43,987 nucleotides of DNA from an archaeon (GTDB taxonomy: Archaea; EX4484-52; GLR71): NCBI GenBank assembly GCA_013138805.1, contig WTCA01000012.1:1-43987 (forward strand), given 5' to 3'. Below are positions 29,094-38,274 of the stretch, in pieces. Position 1 is the first letter of the stretch, and each line of letters begins with the position of its first letter. The position numbers and the translations under genes are program-made. The notes beneath the pieces are model-generated. The model ran no database searches, was not told where the DNA came from, and was given only the letters and a program-made list of their open reading frames with translations.

Positions 29094-29423
29094 TCAGCTG
29101 TACTCGCGCCATATATGCCCGCATTCAATGCATTTATAGAATCTTGTCTCAGGCTCATCGCTCGATCTTGTCTGCCTGCACCACCAGAATACCTTATTGT
29201 TATCGCATTTAGGACATGGCATCTCCATAACAGGAAGATTGACACTGTTTTTTTCAATAACCTGTATATTATCCAAAGGATCATGCTCAATCTTTTCGCT
29301 CAGTTTAATAGAATCCGTCTTTTTTACCTTCTGGACCGCACACCCGTTCTTACACACAAATACAACAGAACCATTATTCTTCTCAGGTCTCATGAGACTG
29401 CCGCATGACTTACATATTTGCAT
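29094..29423 (-). CDS. tfs: Transcription cleavage factor TFS
   Basis: C..CGSLM.P, CPKC and QTRSSDEPETRFYKC..CGH.WREY with the acidic DE pair intact. Confidence 0.94.
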   Translation of the reverse strand: MQICKSCGSLMRPEKNNGSVVFVCKNGCAVQKVKKTDSIKLSEKIEHDPLDNIQVIEKNSVNLPVMEMPCPKCDNNKVFWWCRQTRSSDEPETRFYKCIECGHIWREYS

Positions 29424-29642
29424 AAATCCACCCCTTTTTAACTATATGGTTTTTATCTGAATAGCACCACAAGATTTAAATGCTTTTATCATTTGGTTAT
29501 CTGCACAAAATTTTTTGTGGAAATATATATTATATGAAAACTATATAAAGGTTTCTGTCAGAATGAAGAAGTTTTAGAGAAGCTATAGTGACAACATAAT
29601 TAAAAAATACCTACGATTTATAACATAAAAAAGTGAAAGAAA

Positions 29643-29915
29643 TTACTTCTTCAATGCTTTCTCAAACTCTGCGCCGAAAAGGTTGACTTCATCTTTTGTC
29701 CTTTTAACAGCATCCATAATTGCCTTTTTAGGGTCGCTGGCCTTGACGACAAGCCTGGGTAAACCAATATACGGATGTGACTTCTCATATGCTGCAAAAG
29801 ACACAGAAGAATCATTCCATAGTGCTTTCCTAAGAAGATTTGGAAGAGTATGTTGGCTATCAGATATCTCTATTATCAATGTTTCCTTATCTTGTTTCTC
29901 AATCTTCAGCTGCAT
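29643..29915 (-). CDS. rpoL: RNA polymerase subunit Rpo11/RpoL
   Basis: HTLPNLLR..L, V.FAAY...HP and DPKKAI. Confidence 0.93.
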   Translation of the reverse strand: MQLKIEKQDKETLIIEISDSQHTLPNLLRKALWNDSSVSFAAYEKSHPYIGLPRLVVKASDPKKAIMDAVKRTKDEVNLFGAEFEKALKK

Positions 29916-30076
29916 ACAGACCACATATAATAGGTAGATAATTATTTGTTCATCTTAGTATATAAATCTATCATTGAAGTGTCCCAGACTCCAACTTTTA
30001 TATATACTCAACTTAACTTTTTAAAAGTATCGCAAAGAGTTATGACAGAACATATACTTATACTATAAACAGGAAA

Positions 30077-31186
30077 TCAGAACCTGAAATCCTCATAGAT
30101 TCTGAGCATCTTCCTGTCAATGCTTGGAGAAGTCTCATCAATGACCTGGTAAAACAGCTTGTTGTCTATAGAAAAAGAGTTGTTGACCACATAATCAATA
30201 GCTGCAATCTCAAGAGCATTTGTCACTATACGCCTTATATCCCTACCGCTATATCTTAAATTTCCGTTTTCCTTGTCTTCCATATAATGCACTATATCAT
30301 CCACATTGACCTCCGGTACATATCCATCAATCTGCCTGTCAAGCTCAAGACCGAATATGAAACCCTTCTCTTTCTCTCCTGGAGGCGGTATATAAAGAGA
30401 TGAATTGAACCTGCTGAGAAGAGCACTGTCAATCATATCCGGCCTGTTTGTCGCAGCTATAAGGTTTATCTCTGTCTTATCAATCCCGTCTATCTGCGTA
30501 AGAAGAGTGGACAGCGTCCTGTTGGATGCGGAGTCCGTACCGTCCCGGCTCATAGATATTGCATCAATCTCATCTATGAAAAGAACATTGCTCTCATCCT
30601 CCTTAAGCTTTGAGAATATCTTTGATATGTTCCTGCTTGTCTCACCGTAATACTTGGAAAGCACATTTGAAGCGTCAATGAAATACATAGTGCTGTCAGC
30701 AATCTCGTTTGAAAGCGCCCCGGAAAAAAAAGACTTGCCACACCCAGGAGGACCATACATAAGTACTGTATTACCAGCCCTTATCTTAAAAGGCATATCC
30801 TTAGTCCTGGGATATATGATATGCACCTTAAACTTTTCTTTGATATAATCATATCCTATTATGTCATCAAATGTGAAATCCGATGTCACCACAGCCTTAT
30901 CAATCCAGTCATCCTCACCATTATCATCATCTATAACAGACATATCCCCAGAATTTTTCTTATCAGTCTGGCAGGCCGCCGCAAGATCCCATGACTCATT
31001 CTGCACCTCTTTGTACAGTGCATAGGCCCTGTACCTCACATCAAAATTATTCTCAAGCATAGCCTTTACAAGATAGTCTTTTGAGATATAAAGGTGCTTA
31101 AGGGAGTGCAAAGGCTCTGTGCTTCTTATTTCCCTGCTCTTCTTGAGATGCGACATCCCTTTGTCTATATAGAGCTGGTTAAGCAC
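30077..31186 (-). CDS. Vps4/CdvC-like AAA+ ATPase
   Basis: Helical N-domain, acidic linker, TFDDIIG..IKE....IIYP, Walker A GPPGCGKS, pore loop SKYYGE, Walker B FIDEID, ATNRP..ID.AL.SRF, YSGRDI, and C-terminal PSI....L..YE.F helix. Confidence 0.8.
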   Translation of the reverse strand: MLNQLYIDKGMSHLKKSREIRSTEPLHSLKHLYISKDYLVKAMLENNFDVRYRAYALYKEVQNESWDLAAACQTDKKNSGDMSVIDDDNGEDDWIDKAVVTSDFTFDDIIGYDYIKEKFKVHIIYPRTKDMPFKIRAGNTVLMYGPPGCGKSFFSGALSNEIADSTMYFIDASNVLSKYYGETSRNISKIFSKLKEDESNVLFIDEIDAISMSRDGTDSASNRTLSTLLTQIDGIDKTEINLIAATNRPDMIDSALLSRFNSSLYIPPPGEKEKGFIFGLELDRQIDGYVPEVNVDDIVHYMEDKENGNLRYSGRDIRRIVTNALEIAAIDYVVNNSFSIDNKLFYQVIDETSPSIDRKMLRIYEDFRF

Positions 31187-31202
31187 AGGCCATCACACTT
31201 TT

Positions 31203-31886
31203 TTAGGGGTGTCCCTCTGTTTCAGCCATCAGAGGAGTATTCACAAGATTGTAGGCTTCCTGTATCTCAGTGCTGTAATCTTCAGGATTCCTGGATATAT
31301 CTTCAAATATCCTGTCCATTTCTTCATCATATACATCTATCCCGCCAATCTCTGCCTGAGCATCAAGCATATTCTCTTTTGACAGCATATAGCCTCTCAT
31401 CTGCATAGGCTCGGAAAGACTATCTGAATCCATATAGTCCTTTATCTTCTCAAATCCTGATATGACTGCCGCAAGATCCGTATCCCTTACCTCCGGACTA
31501 AGATAGCTCAATGCCTTCTCATAAAGAAGATCCTTTCTGGTAACATCAATGTCCATGACAATAGGAGTATACTCAAACACTTTCTGCCTGTACAGCTCTT
31601 CCTCCTTTGACAGGACATCCTCATGCCTCTCAAGCTTCTGCATCGTGACCAGATATGATTTTGCCCTGTCCATATTGCCTTCATCTGCAAGACGTCTCAC
31701 ATGCTGGAAAATTTCATGCTTCTCCTTCACTATCTTCTCTTTCGCAGACCTGCACACAGAAGACCTTCTTGATGCGTTCTTCTGCTTCATCTTAACTGCA
31801 TGGATATATGTCTCAAGATTGCCTATCATGACATCTATATCCGGTCTTTTCTCTTCTTTTCTCTTAAATACATTCATAATACTCAT
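31203..31886 (-). CDS. ESCRT-III/Snf7/CdvB(PspA)-like helical protein
   Basis: Amphipathic N-terminus MSIMNVFKRK; long helical hairpin with RRLADEGNMDRAKSY turn; basic N-half and acidic C-half; DEEMDRIFEDI helix; directly upstream of the Vps4-like ATPase. Confidence 0.6.
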   Translation of the reverse strand: MSIMNVFKRKEEKRPDIDVMIGNLETYIHAVKMKQKNASRRSSVCRSAKEKIVKEKHEIFQHVRRLADEGNMDRAKSYLVTMQKLERHEDVLSKEEELYRQKVFEYTPIVMDIDVTRKDLLYEKALSYLSPEVRDTDLAAVISGFEKIKDYMDSDSLSEPMQMRGYMLSKENMLDAQAEIGGIDVYDEEMDRIFEDISRNPEDYSTEIQEAYNLVNTPLMAETEGHP

Positions 31887-31907
31887 AGACTTCAACCCCA
31901 AATCATC

Positions 31908-32663
31908 TCAACAGGATGGCAGATAATCCAGATCTTTCCAGAAGCATGCATCATCCATAAACCTGTCATGCTTGTCTATATTCTTCTCTTCAAGGACTGT
32001 ATATTCCTTTGACTGAACAGCAACAGCCTCAAGATATGAATTTATCTTGCCGATATGTGATGCCATCACATCTTTCCTTAGCACATACACCTGAATATCC
32101 ATCAGCTGTGACTCATACTCATCCAGAAGCTTTCTCTCCTTATCATCAAGGACATGATACAGTTCCGGATGAGTGTCAAGAAGCGATGCCGGTTCGTCTT
32201 TCCTGCAGAAGATAGCAGATATGCTGTCTTTTGCACGGGAAAATACGCCTTTCTCTTTTTTTGCCACCCTGTCTTGCACAAATTTCTCCACAATATCCCC
32301 CCTACCGGCAGGCAGACCCATACCAGACATATCATCGTATATGCAGCTCAGGAACTTCTCAATCCTTGACCTGTCATTTGACCCTATGACAAGAAGGCGT
32401 GTGTCCGGATTGTAGCAGATCTCAACAGTCCCCCCGCCTAATATGTTTGAGAACGCATACTCCTCAGTCTTCTTTCCTGACCCCTCTTTCTTCTTGGCTG
32501 AGCCTGCCTTATTATCCCTGCATAGCTTGCCTGAAAATACAGACAGCGCCTTGTCAAAAGCAGCAGCATCAACCCTGTCTATATAGACATCCATGTCACC
32601 AAACCTGCAATACCCCATTGTCTTTTTTGGAAACATGAATATCTTTAGCAATGAAGCCGGCAT
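31908..32663 (-). CDS. Hypothetical protein, first gene of putative ESCRT-like operon
   Basis: 251-aa ATG ORF ending about 20 bp before the ESCRT-III-like gene; mixed alpha/beta N-part and helical C-part. Confidence 0.7.
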   Translation of the reverse strand: MPASLLKIFMFPKKTMGYCRFGDMDVYIDRVDAAAFDKALSVFSGKLCRDNKAGSAKKKEGSGKKTEEYAFSNILGGGTVEICYNPDTRLLVIGSNDRSRIEKFLSCIYDDMSGMGLPAGRGDIVEKFVQDRVAKKEKGVFSRAKDSISAIFCRKDEPASLLDTHPELYHVLDDKERKLLDEYESQLMDIQVYVLRKDVMASHIGKINSYLEAVAVQSKEYTVLEEKNIDKHDRFMDDACFWKDLDYLPSC

Positions 32664-32734
32664 ATTGATGCTCTATACCAAAAAGTGCTGTATCTCAAGA
32701 ATTTCACCACAGAGAGTGGTGTCATTGTCTAAAC

Positions 32735-33055
32735 CTACCCAAAAACCAGAACATACCCTAAAACAAACACAATACCCGCAAGCATCCACAATAGATATGT
32801 GGACAGGTCTTCAGAATGAGCCTTCTTAAAAGCAGCCATCTTAAAAAATGATACAGCAGTCCTATAGAACGACGCGGATGGTACCCTCTGCGTATCAGGA
32901 TCCAAAGAATTGCCGCACGCATAAGGTTTTCTTGCTGATAAAGATACAGGAGAATCATCCCTGGCAAAAATATAGAATATATACACAAACACAGAAAATA
33001 AGACAACAGTGACAGTCCACCCGTCACTTATCACACCAGCAACAACTTCCATCAT
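32735..33055 (-). CDS. MbhI-like small membrane subunit
   Basis: TM helix, KPYACGN, amphipathic segment, HSEDLSTYLLW and terminal TM helix; follows the MnhD-like gene. Confidence 0.65.
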   Translation of the reverse strand: MMEVVAGVISDGWTVTVVLFSVFVYIFYIFARDDSPVSLSARKPYACGNSLDPDTQRVPSASFYRTAVSFFKMAAFKKAHSEDLSTYLLWMLAGIVFVLGYVLVFG

Positions 33056-33059
33056 ATCA

Positions 33060-34514
33060 TCACACCCCACCTATGCCCAGGACAGTCCTGATATAAAGCT
33101 CCCTGTCAAGGCCTGAACCTGCAATAGCCGCCATAACATCAGTCACAGGACTCTGGAACACACCAAAAGCTACACACAAGCCGGCAAGAATAACAAGCAC
33201 AAGCTTAAGATCAAGATCAAGAGATATCCTGCTGTCCCCTTTCATATTAGAGAAAAATATCATGAACATCATCTTGGAACAATATGCAAGCGTAAGGACA
33301 GAGACAAGCATTGCGGCAATGGCGCCGAGAGGAAACACTTCAAAGCCTGCTATATATATTATAAGCTTGCTTGAAAATCCGTTGAACAGCGGAAGGCCTG
33401 CAAGGGAAAGCGCACCAACACCAAAAGATGCGAGAAGAAGTGGATTGCCTGACCCCAGACCGCCCATCCTGTCAAGATTGCTTGACCTAAAATGCCTTAT
33501 CACAATATATGAAGCAGCAAAAAGAAGCATATCTATTATCACAAGATTAACCAGATGGTATAAAGCACCTGTATAGCTCCCGATACCCAACCCGAAAAGC
33601 ACATATCCGCTCTGGGATATTGCTGAATATGCCAGCAGTTTTTTGAGATTATGCGTCTGAAAAGCAAGTACCGCACCAACAACCATTGTCAGAAGCGATA
33701 ATGATATCAAAAGCCAGGACATATCAAAGCCGCCGATTGTTGCAGCAAGCCGGAATATTGTATAAAGACCTATTGTTGTCCCGCCTGCAGTGAACATAAG
33801 CCCTAAAGACAAAGGTGTATACCTTATAACAGACGGTTTCCATGCATGGAACGGTGCAGCAGCTGCTTTAAAAGAAAAGCCGCAGAGAAGAAGCCCAAGA
33901 CCTGCCAGGGAAGCTGTTGTAGAGGAATTAGTCAGGCTTCTGCTTATGTCGGCCATGTTTAGTGTGCCTAAAGACCCATAGATGAACGCTATGCCTAAAA
34001 GTATGAGCGATGTAGCGAAACTGCCCATAATAAGAAACCTCACGGAGCTCGCAACAGAGCCCATCCTACCGGAATATGACACAAGAGCATATGACGCAAT
34101 GCTCAGTATTTCAAAAAAGACAAAAAGGTTGAAGATGTCACCAGTCATAGATACTCCTGCAAGCCCCAAGAACAGAAGCAGAAAAAGAGCATAAAATTCC
34201 TTTTTATCATCATGTATTTCCCTCCTGCTTATGACAAGAGCAGCAAGCGCGGTGACAGCGACAAGAGACATTACAAGATAGCCAACCAAGTCAACAGCAA
34301 AGCAGATGCCCAACGGAGGGTTCCATCCAAGCATATTATATGTAATAATCTTGCTGGACATGATTTCAGAAAAGTCCATAAGCAAAAGACCCAAAGATAT
34401 GAACACGGCCCAGAAAGAGATTCTCCAGTGATAATCTTTATGCCTGCCGCTTGTAATAGTTATACCAAGAACAGCAGCAAGCAACACAGGTACGATTAAA
34501 TTGAAATACGCCAT
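33060..34514 (-). CDS. Mrp antiporter subunit D / MbhH-like
   Basis: GW.PP.GI...VD, TGDIFNLFVFFEI, FKAAAAPFH.W, KKLLAYS.ISQ.GY and LAGLPLFNGF.SK. Confidence 0.92.
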   Translation of the reverse strand: MAYFNLIVPVLLAAVLGITITSGRHKDYHWRISFWAVFISLGLLLMDFSEIMSSKIITYNMLGWNPPLGICFAVDLVGYLVMSLVAVTALAALVISRREIHDDKKEFYALFLLLFLGLAGVSMTGDIFNLFVFFEILSIASYALVSYSGRMGSVASSVRFLIMGSFATSLILLGIAFIYGSLGTLNMADISRSLTNSSTTASLAGLGLLLCGFSFKAAAAPFHAWKPSVIRYTPLSLGLMFTAGGTTIGLYTIFRLAATIGGFDMSWLLISLSLLTMVVGAVLAFQTHNLKKLLAYSAISQSGYVLFGLGIGSYTGALYHLVNLVIIDMLLFAASYIVIRHFRSSNLDRMGGLGSGNPLLLASFGVGALSLAGLPLFNGFSSKLIIYIAGFEVFPLGAIAAMLVSVLTLAYCSKMMFMIFFSNMKGDSRISLDLDLKLVLVILAGLCVAFGVFQSPVTDVMAAIAGSGLDRELYIRTVLGIGGV

Positions 34515-34635
34515 ATAAAAACACATCTTAAAGGCAACATACTATATCTATATAAAATTTGTCATATGTGATTAATATACTTATTTATATATCTAATACT
34601 CAAATAATGTTTGTCCTATGGACAAGGTAATACAT

Positions 34636-35115
34636 ATGCATGTACTTGCGCATATCCCTGTAAATTTCACAATAGGCTACCTGTTTTATATGATAATAGG
34701 ACAGCCGGCAGACATCGGTTTTCTTCTCGCGATATCTGCTGCAGGATTTCTAATAGACATAGATCATGCAATAACTTTCATGATGGCAAAAAGGTCAATT
34801 CACCCGACAAAATTCTACAGGTGGCTTAGATACCAGCTGGACCATTCAGTACCAAGTTTCTACATATGCCACACTTTTGAGTTCATAGCATTCCTTTACA
34901 TACTCTCGTTCAGTTACTCATTCGCCTACGCCATGTTTATAGGATACGCACTTCACCTGGCAACAGATATGGCGGTGAACATAAGAAAAGACATCATCAA
35001 AGGCGAATCATCTATAAACAGGTTCAAATACTGGTCAGGAACTTATTTCATGCTCTACCCAGGATACAATTACATAAAAGTGAAGCTTTCAGGCCCGATA
35101 ACTACTTCTGTTTGA
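34636..35115 (+). CDS. Membrane-bound metal-dependent hydrolase-like protein (YdjM/DUF457-like)
   Basis: M....H, LIDIDH, CHTFE and GY.LHL.TD motifs within hydrophobic helices; alternative ATG at 34618. Confidence 0.7.
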   Translation: MHVLAHIPVNFTIGYLFYMIIGQPADIGFLLAISAAGFLIDIDHAITFMMAKRSIHPTKFYRWLRYQLDHSVPSFYICHTFEFIAFLYILSFSYSFAYAMFIGYALHLATDMAVNIRKDIIKGESSINRFKYWSGTYFMLYPGYNYIKVKLSGPITTSV

Positions 35116-35125
35116 TAATCAAGCC

Positions 35126-35464
35126 TCACACTTTCTTTGAAGAATTTAAAGTACCGGACATCTTATGATACTTGATTATCAGAGCAAGGGCAAGAGCAAT
35201 CACAGAAAGTTCAATAACAATAGATGTCAGGACAAGCGCCTGAGGAAGCGGATCTACAGCAGTCAATGAAAAATAAGATAAATCCATACCTTCAAGAAAA
35301 ATAGGTGCGATACCACCCGCACGATAGCCGATAGAAATCAACAGCAGATGAATCCCGTTCGTAAAAAGCCCAAGCCCTATGACTTTCTTGATAAGATTTT
35401 CCTTGACAATAATCGCATATGTGCCTATAGCCACAAGCACGATAGCAGTTACATATATTATCAT
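35126..35464 (-). CDS. Mrp subunit C / MbhG-like
   Basis: NLIKKVIGL and VDPLPQALVLTSIVI; ATG at 35464 overlaps the upstream stop codon. Confidence 0.93.
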   Translation of the reverse strand: MIIYVTAIVLVAIGTYAIIVKENLIKKVIGLGLFTNGIHLLLISIGYRAGGIAPIFLEGMDLSYFSLTAVDPLPQALVLTSIVIELSVIALALALIIKYHKMSGTLNSSKKV

Positions 35465-35877
35465 CTCCAGGCCTCCTTCTCTAAAGAATATATTATAAGT
35501 ATTATCGCTGTCGCGACCATGAGCATACCTGCGATGTTCATCATTGCAGTGAACCCACCGCTCCACAGGCGAAAGATTGTCTGGCTTTCTATGAGCGCAT
35601 CCCTAAAATGATAGCCAAGTTTTGAAAGTACAAGCAGCATCAAAAGACCTGAAACGCTTTTGATGTCTATAAGCTTATGAATTATAAGTTTATGTTCAAG
35701 ATCCTTCTTTTCAAAAGATATCACAAGCAGTGCAAAGGCAGAACCTATTATCGCACCTGCAGCAAAGCCTCCGCCCGGAGTAAGATGCCCATGAAGCGCT
35801 ATGTAAAGCCCGTAGATAAGTATAAACGGAAAGACAATTTTTGTAGTCTCTTTTATTATCGTATCCATAATACTCAC
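35461..35877 (-). CDS. Mrp subunit B / MbhF-like
   Basis: PFILIYGLYI.LHGHLTPGGGF.AG. Confidence 0.92.
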   Translation of the reverse strand: MSIMDTIIKETTKIVFPFILIYGLYIALHGHLTPGGGFAAGAIIGSAFALLVISFEKKDLEHKLIIHKLIDIKSVSGLLMLLVLSKLGYHFRDALIESQTIFRLWSGGFTAMMNIAGMLMVATAIILIIYSLEKEAWR

Positions 35878-36191
35878 TTTTTCCTGCCGGATATCTTTTT
35901 TCTGCTGTTTTTTATCTTCCTCGCCACAAGTGCGACACCGATAGCTCCTGTGAAAAATACGACCTCTTCACCAAGCGTATCAAATCCACGAAAATCCCAG
36001 ACAATAGAATTGACAATGTTTGTAGAGCCTGTCAGGCCTGATCCGTTATGAAGATACTGTTCCGCTACAACGCTTCCGCTGATATCTCCATAAGTATGGA
36101 TGCCACCTACACCATAGATAAGCATTACTGTAAAGATAAATACAAGAAGTAATGTTGCAGCCTCAATTTTACTCTTGTACAGACTATTCAT
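35874..36191 (-). CDS. MbhE-like subunit
   Basis: G.TNIVNSIVWDFRGFDTLGE..V.F. Confidence 0.9.
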   Translation of the reverse strand: MNSLYKSKIEAATLLLVFIFTVMLIYGVGGIHTYGDISGSVVAEQYLHNGSGLTGSTNIVNSIVWDFRGFDTLGEEVVFFTGAIGVALVARKIKNSRKKISGRKK

Positions 36192-36421
36192 CTCTCAAAC
36201 CTCTCCGTCTTATGTATAGCTATAAGAAAAAGAAATGTCATAAGCCCTGCACAGATAGCTGCCTGAGTAAGGGCTATGTCCGGTGCTTTGAGAAGGAAAA
36301 AGATAACAGCAATCACAAGATCAAGTCCTGCAAGCACAATGACAGAATGCACAAGATCCTTCTGCTCAACAGCTATAAATGACAGGGTTATACCAAGCGC
36401 AAGAAGTATCTCAAGCAGCAT
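36188..36421 (-). CDS. MbhD-like (DUF4040) subunit
   Basis: KDL..SVI and LLKAPDIALTQAAI.AGL; GGAGG SD before ATG at 36421. Confidence 0.88.
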   Translation of the reverse strand: MLLEILLALGITLSFIAVEQKDLVHSVIVLAGLDLVIAVIFFLLKAPDIALTQAAICAGLMTFLFLIAIHKTERFER

Positions 36422-36464
36422 CAAAAAGCCTCCTGTATCTTCTGTATAACTTTTCCGCACATTG

Positions 36465-36767
36465 TCATCTTAAATCATCCTTCTTGAGATTTTCAGGCAC
36501 AATGCCTGTCCTGTGTGCCGCATTGACAATAACATGGCTGCTCACCGGATTTGTCAGGGCAAAAAATATGAAAATAAGGATTGCCTTGACTGAATACACA
36601 GTGCCGAAATACTCAAAAGCAACAACAACCAGCGCAAGCATGACACCTCCTACACTTATCATTGTCGCCGCATGTATACGCGTATAGCAGTCTTTGAACC
36701 TTAACATGCCTATCGCACCCAGGAGCGCTGAGATTGAAGAGATCAGCAGAAGTATATCTGTTATCAT
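36465..36767 (-). CDS. Mrp subunit G / MbhC-like
   Basis: GMLRF.D.YTRIHAAT and TNPVSSH.I..AA. Confidence 0.92.
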   Translation of the reverse strand: MITDILLLISSISALLGAIGMLRFKDCYTRIHAATMISVGGVMLALVVVAFEYFGTVYSVKAILIFIFFALTNPVSSHVIVNAAHRTGIVPENLKKDDLR

Positions 36768-37021
36768 CTACGGACCCCCTCTTTCCTGATCCATTTTGAG
36801 ACAGCCACAGTTCCGATAAAAAGCAGCAGCGCAAATGTAAGAGCGATATCAAGATATATAGGTGTAGAATTCTCGATTGCAAGATAAATAAAAAACAATA
36901 TCATCATCTGGCCTAAAACATCAAGCGCGATAAGCCTGTCAGCAAAAGTATGCCCAAGTATGAACCTCACAATCACTATCACAGCAGCCAGAAAGAATAT
37001 TTGCCATGCAAGAGCTATCAT
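36764..37021 (-). CDS. Mrp subunit F / MbhB-like
   Basis: R.I.G.T.ADRLIALD and YLDIAL..ALL.FIGTVA. Confidence 0.92.
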   Translation of the reverse strand: MIALAWQIFFLAAVIVIVRFILGHTFADRLIALDVLGQMMILFFIYLAIENSTPIYLDIALTFALLLFIGTVAVSKWIRKEGVRR

Positions 37022-37491
37022 AAGAACACCTTCCTCCCATACTTTGTAAACAGGAAATCAATCTTTTCATCCTTTCTGTAATTGAGGCAATGAACATACA
37101 GATTTTTATCAATAGCTACAGAAACTGTACCGGGAGTAAGAGTTATGGAATTAGCAAGCAATGCACGCCCAAGTTCGCTTTTGAAATCAGGCAATATCTT
37201 GACTATTGCAGGATTTGTCTTTCCTGTGATGACCGACCTTGCCACAGACATATGCGATCTTACTTCAGCAAAAAGAAAAACAATAGTATATACCAAAAAA
37301 TTGGCAGCCTTGAAAGGATTAAAAAAATAATCTGCAATGCTAAAGTCAGTAAAATTATGGATAATATATGTCACAACCAGAGACATTACAAGACCTGCTG
37401 CAAGTTCCTGAAAATTCAGGCTATATGTGAAAAGAATCCATGATATATAAAGCAGAAGGAATGTGCCTGCCTGCCTGAAAAGATTGCCCAT
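37018..37491 (-). CDS. Mrp subunit E / MbhA-like
   Basis: NPAIVKI, LLANSITLTPGT and LYVHCL. Confidence 0.93.
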   Translation of the reverse strand: MGNLFRQAGTFLLLYISWILFTYSLNFQELAAGLVMSLVVTYIIHNFTDFSIADYFFNPFKAANFLVYTIVFLFAEVRSHMSVARSVITGKTNPAIVKILPDFKSELGRALLANSITLTPGTVSVAIDKNLYVHCLNYRKDEKIDFLFTKYGRKVFL

Positions 37492-37556
37492 ATATTATAG
37501 ATACCTATAGGGATACATAAAGGTTTCTGTGACATGAGAAAAGATATTTATAATCA

Positions 37557-38075
37557 ATGAGGAGTAACTTTTATAAATATCAAAATTTTAAGTTATCTAG
37601 TGATCTGGTGGCAGCAAATCCCTTAAATGAAAAATATACATACATGAAAGAATTCTATAAAAAAGGTAAAACATATCATTCCAACCTGTTTGAGATAACA
37701 GGCACAGTTGACTCTGAAGAGATATCATTTGTTTTTGACCCAAGGCAGAAGACTGTGGACGTTCTTGGAAAACCTGCACTGATAGAGATGAATGATCTAA
37801 GATTTAAATCAAGAAGCGAAATCCTTTTAGATTATAATATACAATCACAACTTCAAAAAGGAGAAGAAATGACTTACATAGATTGGTTAAACAAAGCCAT
37901 TTATGAACAAATATCAAACAATCCAAAAATAACTGATGAAAAAGTGCGCAAAGAAGCACTTTCCATTGTAGATCCTAAAAAAACTTTAAAAATAACCGAA
38001 ATCGCTGAATATTCTTTTGGACAGATGGTCCGTGACCTGAATAAAATATATGCTATTGCAAAAAATAATTCTTAG
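37557..38075 (+). CDS. Hypothetical protein (172 aa)
   Basis: AT-rich ATG ORF; no recognised motif. Confidence 0.6.
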   Translation: MRSNFYKYQNFKLSSDLVAANPLNEKYTYMKEFYKKGKTYHSNLFEITGTVDSEEISFVFDPRQKTVDVLGKPALIEMNDLRFKSRSEILLDYNIQSQLQKGEEMTYIDWLNKAIYEQISNNPKITDEKVRKEALSIVDPKKTLKITEIAEYSFGQMVRDLNKIYAIAKNNS

Positions 38076-38274
38076 CATAGTAACTAAACAAAAAAATGAA
38101 AAAGCACTACTGGTTTCAAAGCCAACATAGCACTCTCCCTGTATCCAAACCCGAAAAGGTCGCTCCGGAACTGATCCGGAAAATATAGTAAAAAACAGAC
38201 ATAAAATGCCTATCATAACATTATTGCAACCAATATATATGCTTTTATGTTGTTGAAGATATATATCTAAAAAG

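Noticed and set aside
38105-38130. tRNA fragment (GGTTTCAAAGCC resembles a T-arm)
   Set aside because: No acceptor, D or anticodon arms at tRNA spacing
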